Both the position numbers and the translations under genes were made by a program. From Eledone cirrhosa (taxonomy: Eukaryota): a stretch of 64,000 nt of DNA. Under the pieces are notes generated by a model that had not been told where the DNA came from, ran no database searches, and worked only from the letters and a program-made list of their open reading frames with translations. Shown piece by piece: positions 23,508 to 39,700 of the stretch (position 1 is the stretch's first letter; each line of letters opens with the position of its first letter). The stretch covers positions 7,440,001 to 7,504,000 of the forward strand of contig OZ024756.1 of assembly GCA_964016885.1 (NCBI GenBank), read 5' to 3'.

Positions 23508-23510
<3 letters not shown>
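23180..23510 (+). repeat. ~60-bp diverged direct repeat pair (~23180-23236 and ~23454-23510)
   Basis: cacaaagca...ttagaaac...tagcgaatttgaaaattagg.agtaa occurs twice, each copy preceded by TA/TG microsatellite. Confidence 0.8.
23325..23395 (-). pseudogene. tRNA-like cloverleaf (pseudo-tRNA or tRNA-derived repeat head), apparent anticodon GGC
   Basis: Reverse complement ggcgtgt tgg tgta-atggtaa-taca ttggt-ccggcaa-accaa agaag tggg-tttgtgt-ctca a gtacgtc. All four stems pair (with G-U) and T6 lies ~11 nt downstream, but position 33 is C and the T-loop is degenerate. Confidence 0.6.

Positions 23511-23584
<74 letters not shown>
23509..23584. repeat. (TA)n microsatellite
   Basis: Pure TA run. Confidence 0.95.
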
Positions 23585-23585
<1 letters not shown>

Positions 23586-24145
23586 ATTAAAAAAACGCGA
23601 TAATATTGCTTTTTGCTGAACTCCTAGAGTTTTTTTCGGAATGTTTTTGACTGTTGTTTCTTGTAAACAAACATTCGTCTCATTCTGACGTCACCAGCCC
23701 TGTCTTTCCACATGTGCGTTTTATTTTTCATAATCACGGATGATGGTGAACTAGCCTGCTTTTAATTCCCTTTTTGGCATATTAATCAGTGAGAAATGTT
23801 GGTTATCGAGTTGAGCTCTGCTGAGGATCGAATTCCAACCGTGTCTATCTCCACTGAAAGTTTTCGTGAAATAGTCTTCAAGACTATACAGAGCATTTGA
23901 AGTTTTTTCCAAGTTGAAGGATGAGTATTTTAAACATTATTTTATCATGAGTCAAGGCTCTATTGATTTGTCCCTGGATTTCACTAAATTATGTTGGATG
24001 AATCTATATCCTGATTCTTTTTGAGTTGAGTTAGAATTATTTTTCCCACATCTTACGTTAACTATGTTTCCATTTTGACTCTATAGTCACTTATATATTA
24101 TGGAATACAGTTGGCTTTTTTCTACAATATTTTCTATACCTTACA

Positions 24146-24314
<169 letters not shown>

Positions 24315-24567
24315 GACGTAAAATAAGAAAATTATAAAAATTAACTTACTTACTAAAATTTCACTCCAACTAATTAGTTTCTGAAAGGGAATAACCATGG
24401 TTTCCAAATGTAAAGCATGGAGTGGAGAAGCAGTTTCGTCATCAGGAAGTCTGTTCTCAGCTAAGTTACCAGGCGATGCGTGGACACAGGGAACTTATAC
24501 AAAAATAATTCAGTGGATGGGAAAATGCAAGCATGGACTAAATTCCAAGACATTGAAAAAATCACTA

Positions 24568-24569
<2 letters not shown>

Positions 24570-24656
<87 letters not shown>
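24570..24656. repeat. (TA)n microsatellite
   Basis: Near-pure TA run. Confidence 0.95.
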
Positions 24657-24768
24657 CACTATTTTAATCCGATTCTCTATTGGCTTGTGTGTGATAGTAC
24701 TGCTGTCATATCTCCGTTTCCACTTCTGTCTTGTTTTCTATACAAGTGATGATATCGTTTGATGTTAC

Positions 24769-27700
24769 TTGCACACCATGGCACACATCTCTAGGAACCA
24801 GGTATAATCTAGGATATTACACACCATGGCACACATCTCTAGGAACCTGGTATAATCTAGGATATTACACACCATGGCACACATCTCTAGGAACCTGGTG
24901 TAATCTAGGATATTACACCCCATGGCACACATCTCTAGGAACCTGGTGTAATCTAGGATATTACACCCCAAGGCACACATCTCTAGGAACCTGGTGTAAT
25001 CTAGGATATTACACCCCATGGCACACATCTCTAGGAACCTGGTGTAATCTAGGATATTACACACCAAGGCACACATCTCTAGGAACCTGGTGTAATCTAG
25101 GATATTACACACCATGGCACACATCTCTAGGAACCTGGTGTAATCTAGGATATTACACACCATGGCACACATCTCTAGGAACCTGGTGTAATCTAGGATA
25201 TTACACCCCATGGCACACATCTCTAGGAACCTGGTGTAATCTAGGATATTACACACCAAGGCACACATCTCTAGGAACCTGGTGTAATCTAAGATATTAC
25301 ACACCATGGCACACATCTCTAGGAACCTGGTGTAATCTAGGATATTACACACCATGGCACACATCTCTAGGAACCTGGTGTAATCTAGGATATTACACAC
25401 CATGGCACACATCTCTAGGAACCAGGTATAATCTAGGATATTACACCACATGGCACACATCTCAAGGGACCTGGTGTAATCTAGGATATTACACCCCATG
25501 GCACACATCTCTAGGAACCTGGTGTAATCTAGGATATTACACACCATGGCATACATCTCTAGGAACCTGGTGTAATCTAGGATATTACACACCATGGCAC
25601 ACATTTCTAGGAAACTGGTGTAATCTAGGATATTACACACCATGGCACACATCTCTAGGAACCTGGTGTAATCTAGGATATTACACACCATGGCACACAT
25701 CTCTAGGAACCTGGTGTAATCTAGGATATTACACACCAAGGCACACATCTCTAGGAACCTGGTGTAATCTAGGATATTACACCCCAAGGCACATATCTCT
25801 AGGAACCAGGTATAATCTAGGATATTACACCCCATGGCACACATCTCTAGGAAACTGGTGTAATCTAGGATATTACACACCATGGCACACATCTCTAGGA
25901 ACCTGGTGTAATCTAAGATATTACACACCATGGCACATAACTCTAGGAACCTGGTGTAATCTAGGATATTACACCCCATGGCACATATCTCTAGGAACCT
26001 GGTGTAATCTAGGATATTACACCCCAAGGCACATAACTCTAGGAACCTGGTGTAATCTAGGATATTACACCCCAAGGCACATATCTCTAGGAACCAGGTA
26101 TAATCTAGGATATTACACCCCAAGGCACATAACTCTAGGAACCTGGTATAATCTAGGATATTACACACCAAGGCACATATCTCTAGGAACCTGGTGTAAT
26201 CTAGGATATTACACCCCATGGCACACATCTCTAAGAACCTGGTGTAATCTAGGATATTACACCCCAAGGCACATAACTCTAGAAACCTGGTGTAATCTAG
26301 GATATTACACACCATGGCACATATCTCTAGGAACCTGGTATAATATAGGACATTACACCCTATGGCACACATCTCTAGGAACCAGGTGTAATCTAGGATA
26401 TTACACCCCATGGCACATAACTCTAGGAACCTAGTGTAATCTAGGATATTACACCCCATGGCACACATCTCTAGGAACCAGGTATAATCTAGGATATTAC
26501 ACCCATGGCACATAACTCTAGGAACCTGGTGTAATCTAGGATATTACACAACATGGCACACATCTCTAGGAACCTGGTGTAATCTAGGATATTACACACC
26601 ATGGCACACATCTCTAGGAACCTGGTGTAATCTAGGATATTACACCCCATGGCACACATCTCTAGGAACCTGGTGTAATCTAGGATATTACACACCATGG
26701 CACACATCTCTAGGAACCTGGTGTAATCTAGGATATTACACACCAAGGCACACATCTCTAGGAACCTGGTGTAATCTAGGATATTACACCCCAAGGCACA
26801 TATCTCTAGGAACCAGGTATAATCTAGGATATTACACCCCATGGCACACATCTCTAGGAACCTGGTGTAATCTAGGATATTACACACCATGGCACACATC
26901 TCTAGGAACCTGGTGTAATCTAAGATATTACACACCATGGCACATAACTCTAGGAACCTGGTGTAATCTAGGATATTACACCCCATGGCACATATCTCTA
27001 GAAACCTGGTGTAATCTAGGATATTACACCCCAAGGCACATAACTCTAGGAACCTGGTGTAATCTAGGATATTACACCCCAAGGCACATATCTCTAGGAA
27101 CCAGGTATAATCTAGGATATTACACACCATGGCACACATCTCTAGGAACCTGGTGTAATCTAGGATATTACACCCCAAGGCACATATCTCTAGGAACCTG
27201 GTGTAATCTAGGATATTACACCCCATGGCACATATCTCTAGGGACCTGGTGTAATCTAGGATATTACACCCCATGGCACACATCTCTAGGAACCTGGTGT
27301 AATCTAGGATATTACACCCCAAGGCACATAACTCTAGGAACCTGGTGTAATCTAGGATATTACACACCAAGGCACATATCTCTAGGAACCTGGTGTAATC
27401 TAGGATATTACACCCCATGGCACACATCTCTAGGAACCTGGTGTAATCTAGGATATTACACTCCAAGGCACATAACTCTAGGAACCTGGTGTAATCTAGG
27501 ATATTACACCCCATGGCACATATCTCTAGGAACCTGGTATAATATAGGATATTACACCCTATGGCACACATCTCTAGGAACCAGGTGTAATCTAGGATAT
27601 TACACCCCATGGCACATAACTCTAGGAACCTGGTGTAATCTAGGATATTACACCCCAAGGCACATATCTCTAGGAACCAGGTATAATCTAGGATATTACA

Positions 27701-30700
27701 CACCATGGCACACATCTCTAGGAACCTGGTGTAATCTAGGATATTACACCCCATGGCACATAACTCTAGGAACCTTGTGTAATCTAGGATATTACACACC
27801 ATGGCACACATCTCTAGGAACCTGGTGTAATCTAGGATATTACACACCATGGCACACATCTCTAGGAACCTGGTGTAATCTAGGATATTACACCCAATGG
27901 CACACATCTCTGGGAACCTGGTGTAATCTAGGATATTACACACCATGGCACACATCTCTAGGAACCTGGTGTAATCTAGGATATTACACACCAAGGCACA
28001 CATCTCTAGGAACCTGGTGTAATCTAGGATATTACACTCCAAGGCACATATCTCTAGGAACCAGGTATAATCTAGGATATTACACCCCATGGCACACATC
28101 TCTAGGAACCTGGTGTAATCTAGGATATTACACACCATGGCACACATCTCTAGGAACCTGGTGTAATCTAGGATATTACACCCCAAGGCACATATCTCTA
28201 GGAACCTGGTGTAATCTAGGATATTACACCCCATGGCACATATCTCTAGGGACCTGGTGTAATCTAGGATATTACACCCCATGGCACACATCTCTAGGAA
28301 CCTGGTGTAATCTAGGATATTACACCCCAAGGCACATAACTCTAGGAACCTGGTGTAATCTAGGATATTACACCCCATGGCACACATCTCTAGGAACCTG
28401 GTGTAATCTAGGATATTACACTCCAAGGCACATAACTCTAGGAACCTGGTGTAATCTAGGATATTACACCCCATGGCACATATCTCAAGGAACCTGGTAT
28501 AATATAGGATATTACACCCTATGGCACACATCTCTAGGAACCAGGTGTAATCTAGGATATTACACCCCATGGCACATAACTCTAGGAACCTGGTGTAATC
28601 TAGGATATTACACCCCATGGCACACATCTCTAGGAACCAGGTATAATCTAGGATATTACACCCCATGGCACATAACTCTAGGAACCTGGTGTAATCTAGG
28701 ATATTACACACCATGGCACACATCTCTAGGAACCTGGTGTAATCTAGGATATTACACCCCAAGGCACATATCTCTAGGAACCGGGTATAATCTAGGATAT
28801 TACACCCCATGGCACACATCTCTAGGAACCTTGTGTAATCTAGGATATTACACACCATGGCACACATCTCTAGGAACCTGGTGTAATCTAAGATATTACA
28901 CACCATGGCACATAACTCTAGGAACCTGGTGTAATCTAGGATATTACACCCCATGGCACATATCTCTAGGAACCTGGTGTAATCTAGGATATTACACCCC
29001 AAGGCACATAACTCTAGGAACCTGGTGTAATCTAGAATATTACACCCCAAGGCACATATCTCTAGGAACCAGGTATAATCTAGGATATTACACACCATGG
29101 CACACATCTCTAGGAACCTGGTGTAATCTAGGATATTACACCCCAAGGCACATATCTCTAGGAACCTGGTGTAATCTAGGATATTACACCAGATGGCACA
29201 TATCTCTAGGAACCTGGTATAATATAGGATATTACACCCTATGGCACACATCTCTAGGAACCAGGTGTAATCTAGGATATTACACCCCATGGCACATAAC
29301 TCCAGGAACCTGGTGTAATCTAGGATATTACACCCCATGGCACACGTCTCTAGGAACCAGGTATAATCTAGGATATTACACCCCATGGCACATAACTCTA
29401 GAAACCTGGTTTAATCTAGGATATTACACACCATGGCACATATCTCTAGGAACCAGGTATAATCTAGGATATTACACACCATGGCACACATCTCTAGGAA
29501 CCAGGTGTAATCTAGGATATTACACACCATGGCACACATCTCTAGGAACCAGGTATAATCTAGGATATTACACACCATGGCACACATCTCTAGGAACCAG
29601 GTGTAATCTAGGATATTACACACCATGGCACACATCTCTAGGAACCTGGTGTAATCTAGGATATTACACCCCATGGCACACATCTCTAGGAACCAGGTGT
29701 AATCTAGGATATTACACCCCATGGCACATAACTCTAGGAACCTGGTGTAATCTAGGATGTTACACACCATGGCACATATCTCAAGGAAGCTGGTGTAATC
29801 TAGGATATTACACCCCATGGCACATATCTCTAGAAACCTGGTATAATCTAGGATATTACACCATATGGCACACATCTCTAGGAACCAGGTGTAATCTAGG
29901 ATATTACACCCCATGGCACATAACTCTAGGAACCTGGTGTAATCTAGGATATTACACACCATGGCACACATCTCTAGGAACCTGGTGTAATCTAGGATAT
30001 TACACACCATGGCACACATCTCTAGGAACCTGGTGTAATCTAGGATATTACACCCCATGGCACACATCTCTAGGAACCTGGTGTAATCTAGGATATTACA
30101 CACCATGGCACACATCTCTAGGAACCTGGTGTAATCTAGGATATTACACACCAAGGCACACATCTCTAGGAACCTGGTGTAATCTAGGATATTACACCCC
30201 AAGGCACACATCTCTAGGAACCTGGTGTAATCTAGGATATTACACCCCATGGCACACATCTCTAGGAACCTGGTGTAATCTAGGATATTACACACCATGG
30301 CACACATCTCTAGGAACCTGGTGTAATCTAGGATATTACACACCATGGCACACATCTCTAAGAACCTGGTGTAATCTAAGATATTACACACCATGGCACA
30401 TAACTCTAGGAACCTGGTGTAATCTAGGATATTACACCCCATGGCACATATCTCTAGGAACCTGGTGTAATCTAGGATATTACACCCCAAGGCACATAAC
30501 TCTAGGAACCTGGTGTAATCTAGGATATTACACCCCAAGGCACATATCTCTAGGAACCAGGTATAATCTAGGATATTACACACCATGGCACACATCTCTA
30601 GGAACCTGGTGTAATCTAGGATATTACACCCCATGGCACATATCTCTAGGAACCTGGTATAATATAGGATATTACACCCTATGGCACACATCTCTAGGAA

Positions 30701-33700
30701 CCAGGTGTAATCTAGGATATTACACCCCATGGCACATAACTCTAGGAACCTGGTGTAATCTAGGATATTACACCACATGGCACACATCTCTAGGAACCAG
30801 GTATAATCTAGGATATTACACCCCATGGCACATAACTCTAGGAACCTGGTTTAATCTAGGATATTACACACCATGGCACATATCTCTAAGAACCAGGTAT
30901 AATCTAGGATATTACACACCATGGCACACATCTCTAGGAACCTGGTGTAATCTAGGATATTACACACCATGGCACACATCTCTAGGAACCTGGTGTAATC
31001 TAGGATATTACACCCCATGGCACACATCTCTAGGAACCTGGTGTAATCTAGGATATTACACACCATGGCACACATCTCTAGGAACCTGGTGTAATCTAGG
31101 ATATTACACACCAAGGCACACATCTCTAGGAACCTGGTGTAATCTAGGATATTACACCCCAAGGCACATATTTCTAGGAACCAGGTATAATCTAGGATAT
31201 TACACCCCATGGCACACATCTCTAGGAACCTGGTGTAATCTAGGATATTACACACCATGGCACACATCTCTAGGAACCTGGTGTAATCTAAGATATTACA
31301 CACCATGGCACATAACTCTAGGAACCTGGTGTAATCTAGGATATTACACCCCATGGCACATATCTCTAGAAACCTGGTGTAATCTAGGATATTACACCCC
31401 AAGGCACATAACTCTAGGAACCTGGTGTAATCTAGGATATTACAGCCCAAGGCACATATCTCTAGGAACCAGGTATAATCTAGGATATTACACACCATGG
31501 CACACATCTCTAGGAACCTGGTGTAATCTAGGATATTACACCCCAAGGCACATATCTCTAGGAACCTGGTGTAATCTAGGATATTACACCCCATGGCACA
31601 TATCTCTAGGGACCTGGTGTAATCTAGGATATTATACCCCATGGCACACATCTCTAGGAACCTGGTGTAATCTAGGATATTACACCCCAAGGCACATATC
31701 TCTAGGAACCTGGTGTAATCTAGGATATTACACACCAAGGCACATATCTCTAGGAACCTGGTGTAATCTAGGATATTACACCCCATGGCACACATCTCTA
31801 GGAACCTGGTGTAATCTAGGATATTACACTCCAAGGCACATAACTCTAGGAACCTGGTGTAATCTAGGATAGTACACCCCATGGCACATATCTCTAGGAA
31901 CCTGGTATAATATAGGATATTACACCCTATGGCACACATCTCTAGGAACCAGGTGTAATCTAGGATATTACACCCCATGGCACATAACTCTAGGAATCTG
32001 GTGTAATCTAGTATATTACACCCCAAGGCACATATCTCTAGGAACCAGGTATAATCTAGGATATTACACACCATGGCACACATCTCTAGGAACCTGGTGT
32101 AATCTAGGATATTACACCCCATGGCACATAACTCTAGGAACCTGGTGTAATCTAGGATATTACACACCATGGCACACATCTCTAGGAACCTGGTGTAATC
32201 TAGGATATTACACACCATGGCACACATCTCTAGGAACCTGGTGTAATCTAGGATATTACACCCAATGGCACACATCTCTGGGAACCTGGTGTAATCTAGG
32301 ATATTACACACCATGGCACACATCTCTAGGAACCTGGTGTAATCTAGGATATTACACACCAAGGCACACATCTCTAGGAACCTGGTGTAATCTAGGATAT
32401 TACACCCCAAGGCACATATCTCTAGGAACCAGGTATAATCTAGGATATTACACCCCATGGCACACATCTCTAGGAACCTGGTGTAATCTAGGATATTACA
32501 CACCATGGCACACATCTCTAGGAACCTGGTGTAATCTAGGATATTACACCCCAAGGCACATATCTCTAGGAACCTGGTGTAATCTAGGATATTAAACCCC
32601 ATGGCACATATCTCTAGGGACCTGGTGTAATCTAGGATATTACACCCCATGGCACACATCTCTAGGAACCTGGTGTAATCTAGGATATTACACCCCAAGG
32701 CACATAACTCTAGGAACCTGGTGTAATCTAGGACATTACACACCAAGGCACATATCTCTAGGAACCTGGTGTAATCTAGGATATTACACCCCATGGCACA
32801 CATCTCTAGGAACCTGGTGTAATCTAGGATATTACACTCCAAGGCACATAACTCTAGGAACCTGGTGTAATCTAGGATATTACACCCCATGGCACATATC
32901 TCAAGGAACCTGGTATAATATAGGATATTACACCCTATGGCACACATCTCTAGGAACCAGGTGTAATCTAGGATATTACACCCCATGGCACATAACTCTA
33001 GGAACCTGGTGTAATCTAGGATATTACACCCCATGGCACACATCTCTAGGAACCAGGTATAATCTAGGATATTACACCCCATGGCACATAACTCTAGGAA
33101 CCTGATGTAATCTAGGATATTACACACCATGGCACACATCTCTAGGAACCTGGTGTAATCTAGGATATTACACACCATGGCACACATCTCTAGGAACCTG
33201 GTGTAATCTAGGATATTACACCCCAAGGCACATATCTCTAGGAACCGGGTATAATCTAGGATATTACACCCCATGGCACACATCTCTAGGAACCTTGTGT
33301 AATCTAGGATATTACACACCATGGCACACATCTCTAGGAACCTGGTGTAATCTAAGATATTACACACCATGGTACATAACTCTAGGAACCTGGTGTAATC
33401 TAGGATATTACACCCCATGGCACATATCTCTAGGAACCTGGTGTAATCTAGGATATTACACCCCAAGGCACATAACTCTAGGAACCTGGTGTAATCTAGG
33501 ATATTACACCCCAAGGCACATATCTCTAGGAACCAGGTATAATCTAGGATATTACACACCATGGCACACATCTCTAGGAACCTGGTGTAATCTAGGATAT
33601 TACACCCCAAGGCACATATCTCTAGGAACCTGGTGTAATCTAGGATATTACACCCCATGGCACACATCTCTAGGAACCAGGTATAATCTAGGATATTACA

Positions 33701-36700
33701 CCCCATGGCACATAACTCTAGGAACCTGGTGTAATCTAGGATATTACACCCCAAGGCACACATCTCTAGGAACCTGGTGTAATCTAGGATATTACACCCC
33801 ATGGCACACATCTCTAGGAACCTGGTGTAATCTAGGATATTACACACCATGGCACACATCTCTAGGAACCTGGTGTAATCTAGGATATTACACACCATGG
33901 CACACATCTCTAGGAACCTGGTGTAATCTAAGATATTACACACCATGGCACATAACTCTAGGAACCTGGTGTAATCTAGGATATTACACCCCATGGCACA
34001 TATCTCTAGGAACCTGGTGTAATCTAGGATATTACACCCAAGGCACATAACTCTAGGAACCTGGTGTAATCTAGGATATTACACCCCAAGGCACATATCT
34101 CTAGGAACCAGGTATAATCTAGGATATTACACACCATGGCACACATCTCTAGGAACCTGGTGTAATCTAGGATATTACACCCCAAGGCACATATCTCTAG
34201 GAACCTGGTGTAATCTAGGATATTACACCCCATGGCACATATCTCTAGGAACCTCGTATAATATAGGATATTACACCCTATGGCACACATCTCTAGGAAC
34301 CAGGTGTAATCTAGGATATTACACCCCATGGCACATAACTCTAGGAACCTGGTGTAATCTAGGATATTACACCCCATGGCACACATCTCTAGGAACCAGG
34401 TATAATCTAGGATATTACACCCCATGGCATATAACTCTAGGAACCTGGTTTAATCTAGGATATTACACACCATGGCACATATCTCTAGGAACCAGGTATA
34501 ATCTAGGATATTACACACCATGGCACACATCTCTAGGAACCAGGTGTAATCTAGGATATTACACACCATGGCACACATCTCTAGGAACCAGGTATAATCT
34601 AGGATATTACACACCATGGCACACATCTCTAGGAACCAGGTGTAATCTAGGATATTACACACCATGGCACACATCTCTAGGAACCTGGTGTAATCTAGGA
34701 TATTACACCCCATGGCACACATCTCTAGGAACCAGGTGTAATCTAGGATATTACACCCCATGGCACATAACTCTAGGAACCTGGTGTAATCTAGGATGTT
34801 ACACACCATGGCACATATCTCAAGGAAGCTGGTGTAATCTAGGATATTACACCCCATGGCACATATCTCTAGAAACCTGGTATAATCTAGGATATTACAC
34901 CATATGGCACACATCTCTAGGAACCAGGTGTAATCTAGGATATTACACCCCATGGCACATAACTCTAGGAACCTGGTGTAATCTAGGATATTACACAAAA
35001 TGGCACACATCTCTAGGAACCTGGTGTAATCTAGGATATTACACACCATGGCACACATCTCTAGGAACCTGGTGTAATCTAGGATATTACACCCCATGGC
35101 ACACATCTCTAGGAACCTGGTGTAATCTAGGATATTACACACCATGGCACACATCTCTAGGAACCTGGTGTAATCTAGGATATTACAGCCCATGGCACAT
35201 ATCTCTAGGAACCTGGTATAATATAGGATATTACACCCTATGGCACACATCTCTAGGAACCAGGTGTAATCTAGGATATTACACCCCGTGGCACATAACT
35301 CTAGGAACCTGGTGTAATCTAGGATATTACACCCCATGGCACACATCTCTAGGAACCAGGTATAATCTAGGATATTACACCCCATGGCACATAACTCTAG
35401 GAACCTGGTGTAACCTAGGATATTACACACCATGGCACACATCTCTAGGAACCTGGTGTAATCTAGGATATTACACACCAAGGCACACATCTCTAGGAAC
35501 CTGGTGTAATCTAGGATATTACACCCCAAGGCACATATCTCTAGGAACCAGGTATAATCTAGGATATTACACCCCATGGCACACATCTCTAGGAACCTGG
35601 TGTAATCTAGGATATTACACACCATGGCACACATCTCTAGGAACCTGGTGTAATCTAGGATATTACACACCAAGGCACTTATCTCTAGGAACCTGGTGTA
35701 ATCTAGGATATTACACCCCATGTCACACATCTCTAGGAACCTGGTGTAATCTAGGATATTACACTCCAAGGCACATAACGCTAGGAACCTGGTGTAATCT
35801 AGGATATTACACCCCATGGCACATATCTCTAGGAACCTGGTATAATATAGGATATTACACCCTATGGCACACATCTCTAGGAACCAGGTGTAATCTAGGA
35901 TATTACACCCCATGGCACATAACTCTAGGAACCTGGTGTAATCTAGGATATTACACCCCATGGCACACATCTCTAGGAACCAGGTATAATCTAGGATATT
36001 ACACCCCATGGCACATAACTCTAGGAACCTGGTGTAATCTAGGATATTACACACCATGGCACATATCTCTAGGAACTAGGTATAATCTAGGATATTACAC
36101 ACCATGGCACACATCTCTAGGAACCAGGTGTAATCTAGGATATTACACACCATGGCACACATCTCTAGGAACCAGGTATAATCTAGGATATTACACACCA
36201 TGGCACACATCTCTAGGAACCAGGTGTAATCTAGGATATTACACACCATGGCACACATCTCTAGGAACCTGGTGTAATCTAGGATATTACACCCCATGGC
36301 ACACATCTCTAGGAACCAGGTGTAATCTAGGATATTACACCCCATGGCACATAACTCTAGGAACCTGGTGTAATCTAGGATGTTACACACCATGGCACAT
36401 ATCTCAAGGAAGCTGGTGTAATCTAGGATATTACACCCCATGGCACATATCTCTAGAAACCTGGTATAATCTAGGATATTACACCATATGGCACACATCT
36501 CTAGGAACCAGGTGTAATCTAGGATATTACACCCCATGGCACATAACTCTAGGAACCTGGTGTAATCTAGGATATTACACCCCAAGGCACACATCTCTAG
36601 GAACCAGGTATAATCTAGGATATTACACCCCATGGCACATAACTCTAGGAACCTGGTGTAATCTAGGATATTACACACCATGGCACATATCTCTAGGAAC

Positions 36701-39700
36701 CAGGTATAATCTAGGATATTACACACCATGGCACACATCTCTAGGAACCAGGTGTAATCTAGGATATTACACACCATGGCACACATCTCTAGGAACCAGG
36801 TATAATCTAGGATATTACACACCATGGCACACATCCCTAGGAACCAGGTGTAATCTAGGATATTACACACCATGGCACACATCTCTAGGAACCTGGTGTA
36901 ATCTAGGATATTACACCCCAAGGCACACATCTCTAGGAACCAGGTGTAATATAGGATATTACACCCCATGGCACATATCTCAAGGAACCTGGTGTAATCT
37001 AGGATATTACACACCAAGGCACATCTCTCTAGGAACCAGGTATAATCTAGGATATTACACCCTATGGCACACATGTCTAGGAACCAGGTGTAATCTAGGA
37101 TATTACACCCCATGGCACATAACTCTAGGAACCTGGTGTAATCTAGGATATTACACCCCATGGCACACATCTCTAGGAACCAGGTATAATCTAGGATATT
37201 ACACCCCATATCACATAACTCTAGGAACCTGGTGTAATCTAGGATATTACACACCAAGGCACACATCTCTAGGAACCTGGTGTAATCTAGGATATTACAC
37301 CCCAAGGCACATATCTCTAGGAACCAGGTATAATCTAGGATATTACACCCCATGGCACACATCTCTAGGAACCAGGTGTAATCTAGGATATTACACACCA
37401 TGGCACACATCTCTAGGAACCTGGTGTAATCTAAGATATTACACACCATGGCACATAACTCTAGGAACCTGGTGTAATCTAGAATATTACACCCCATGGC
37501 ACATATCTCTAGGAACCTGGTGTAATCTAGGATATTACACCCCAAGGCACATAACTCTAGGAACCTGGTGTAATCTAGGATATTACACCCCAAGGCACAT
37601 ATCTCTAGGAACCAGGTATAATCTAGGATATTACACACCATGGCACACATCTCTAGGAACCTGGTGTAATCTAGGATATTACACCCCAAGGCACATATCT
37701 CTAGGAACCTGGTGTAATCTCGGATATTACACCCCATGGCACATATCTCTAGGGACCTGGTGTAATCTAGGATATTACACCCCATGGCACACATCTCTAG
37801 GAACCTGGTGTAATCTAGGATATTACACCCCAAGGCACATAACTCTAGGAACCTGGTGTAATCTAGGATATTACACACCAAGGCACATATCTCTAGGAAC
37901 CTGGTGTAATCTAGGATATTACACCCCATGGCACACATCTCTAGGAATCTGGTGTAATCTAGGATATTACACTCCAAGGCACATAACTCTAGGAACCTGG
38001 TGTAATCTAGGATATTACACCCCATGGCACATATCTCTAGGAACCAGGTATAATCTAGGATATTACACCCCATGGCACATAACTCTAGGAACCTGGTGTA
38101 ATCTAGGATATTACACACCATGGCACATATCTCTAGGAACCAGGTATAATCTAGGATATTACACACCATGGCACACCTATCTAGGAACCAGGTGTAATCT
38201 AGGATATTACACACCATGGCACACATCTCTAGGAACCTGGTGTAATCTAGGATATTACACTCCAAGGCACATAACTCTAGGAACCTGGTGTAATCTAGGA
38301 TATTACAGCCCATGGCACATATCTCTAGGAACCTGGTATAATATAGGATATTACACCCTATGGCACACATCTCTAGGAACCAGGTGTAATCTAGGATATT
38401 ACACCCCGTGGCACATAACTCTAGGAACCTGGTGTAATCTAGGATATTACACCCCATGGCACACATCTCTAGGAACCAGGTATAATCTAGGATATTACAC
38501 CCCATGGCACATAACTCTAGGAACCTGGTGTAATCTAGGATATTACACACCATGGCACACATCTCTAGGAACCTGGTGTAATCTAGGATATTACACACCA
38601 AGGCACACATCTCTAGGAACCTGGTGTAATCTAGGATATTACACCCCAAGGCACATATCTCTAGGAACCAGGTATAATCTAGGATATTACACCCCATGGC
38701 ACACATCTCTAGGAACCTGGTGTAATCTAGGATATTACACACCATGGCACACATCTCTAGGAACCTGGTGTAATCTAGGATATTACACACCAAGGCACAT
38801 ATCTCTAGGAACCTGGTGTAATCTAGGATATTACACCCCATGTCACACATCTCTAGGAACCTGGTGTAATCTAGGATATTACACTCCAAGGCACATAACG
38901 CTAGGAACCTGGTGTAATCTAGGATATTACACCCCATGGCACATATCTCTAGGAACCTGGTATAATATAGGATATTACACCCTATGGCACACATCTCTAG
39001 GAACCAGGTGTAATCTAGGATATTACACCCCATGGCACATAACTCTAGGAACCTGGTGTAATCTAGGATATTACACCCCATGGCACACATCTCTAGGAAC
39101 CAGGTATAATCTAGGATATTACACCCCATGGCACATAACTCTAGGAACCTGGTGTAATCTAGGATATTACACACCATGGCACATATCTCTAGGAACCAGG
39201 TACAATCTAGGATATTACACACCATGGCACACATCTCTAGGAACCAGGTGTAATCTAGGATATTACACACCATGGCACACATCTCTAGGAACCAGGTATA
39301 ATCTAGGATATTACACACCATGGCACACATCTCTAGGAACCAGGTGTAATCTAGGATATTACACACCATGGCACACATCTCTAGGAACCTGGTGTAATCT
39401 AGGATATTACACCCCATGGCACACATCTCTAGGAACCAGGTGTAATCTAGGATATTACACCCCATGGCACATAACTCTAGGAACCTGGTGTAATCTAGGA
39501 TGTTACACACCATGGCACATATCTCAAGGAAGCTGGTGTAATCTAGGATATTACACCCCATGGCACATATCTCTAGAAACCTGGTATAATCTAGGATATT
39601 ACACCATATGGCACACATCTCTAGGAACCAGGTGTAATCTAGGATATTACACCCCATGGCACATAACTCTAGGAACCTGGTGTAATCTAGGATATTACAC

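Noticed and set aside
24432-24446. ctgatgacgaaac on the minus strand as a hammerhead core
   Set aside because: No stem II between the boxes and no convincing stems I or III.
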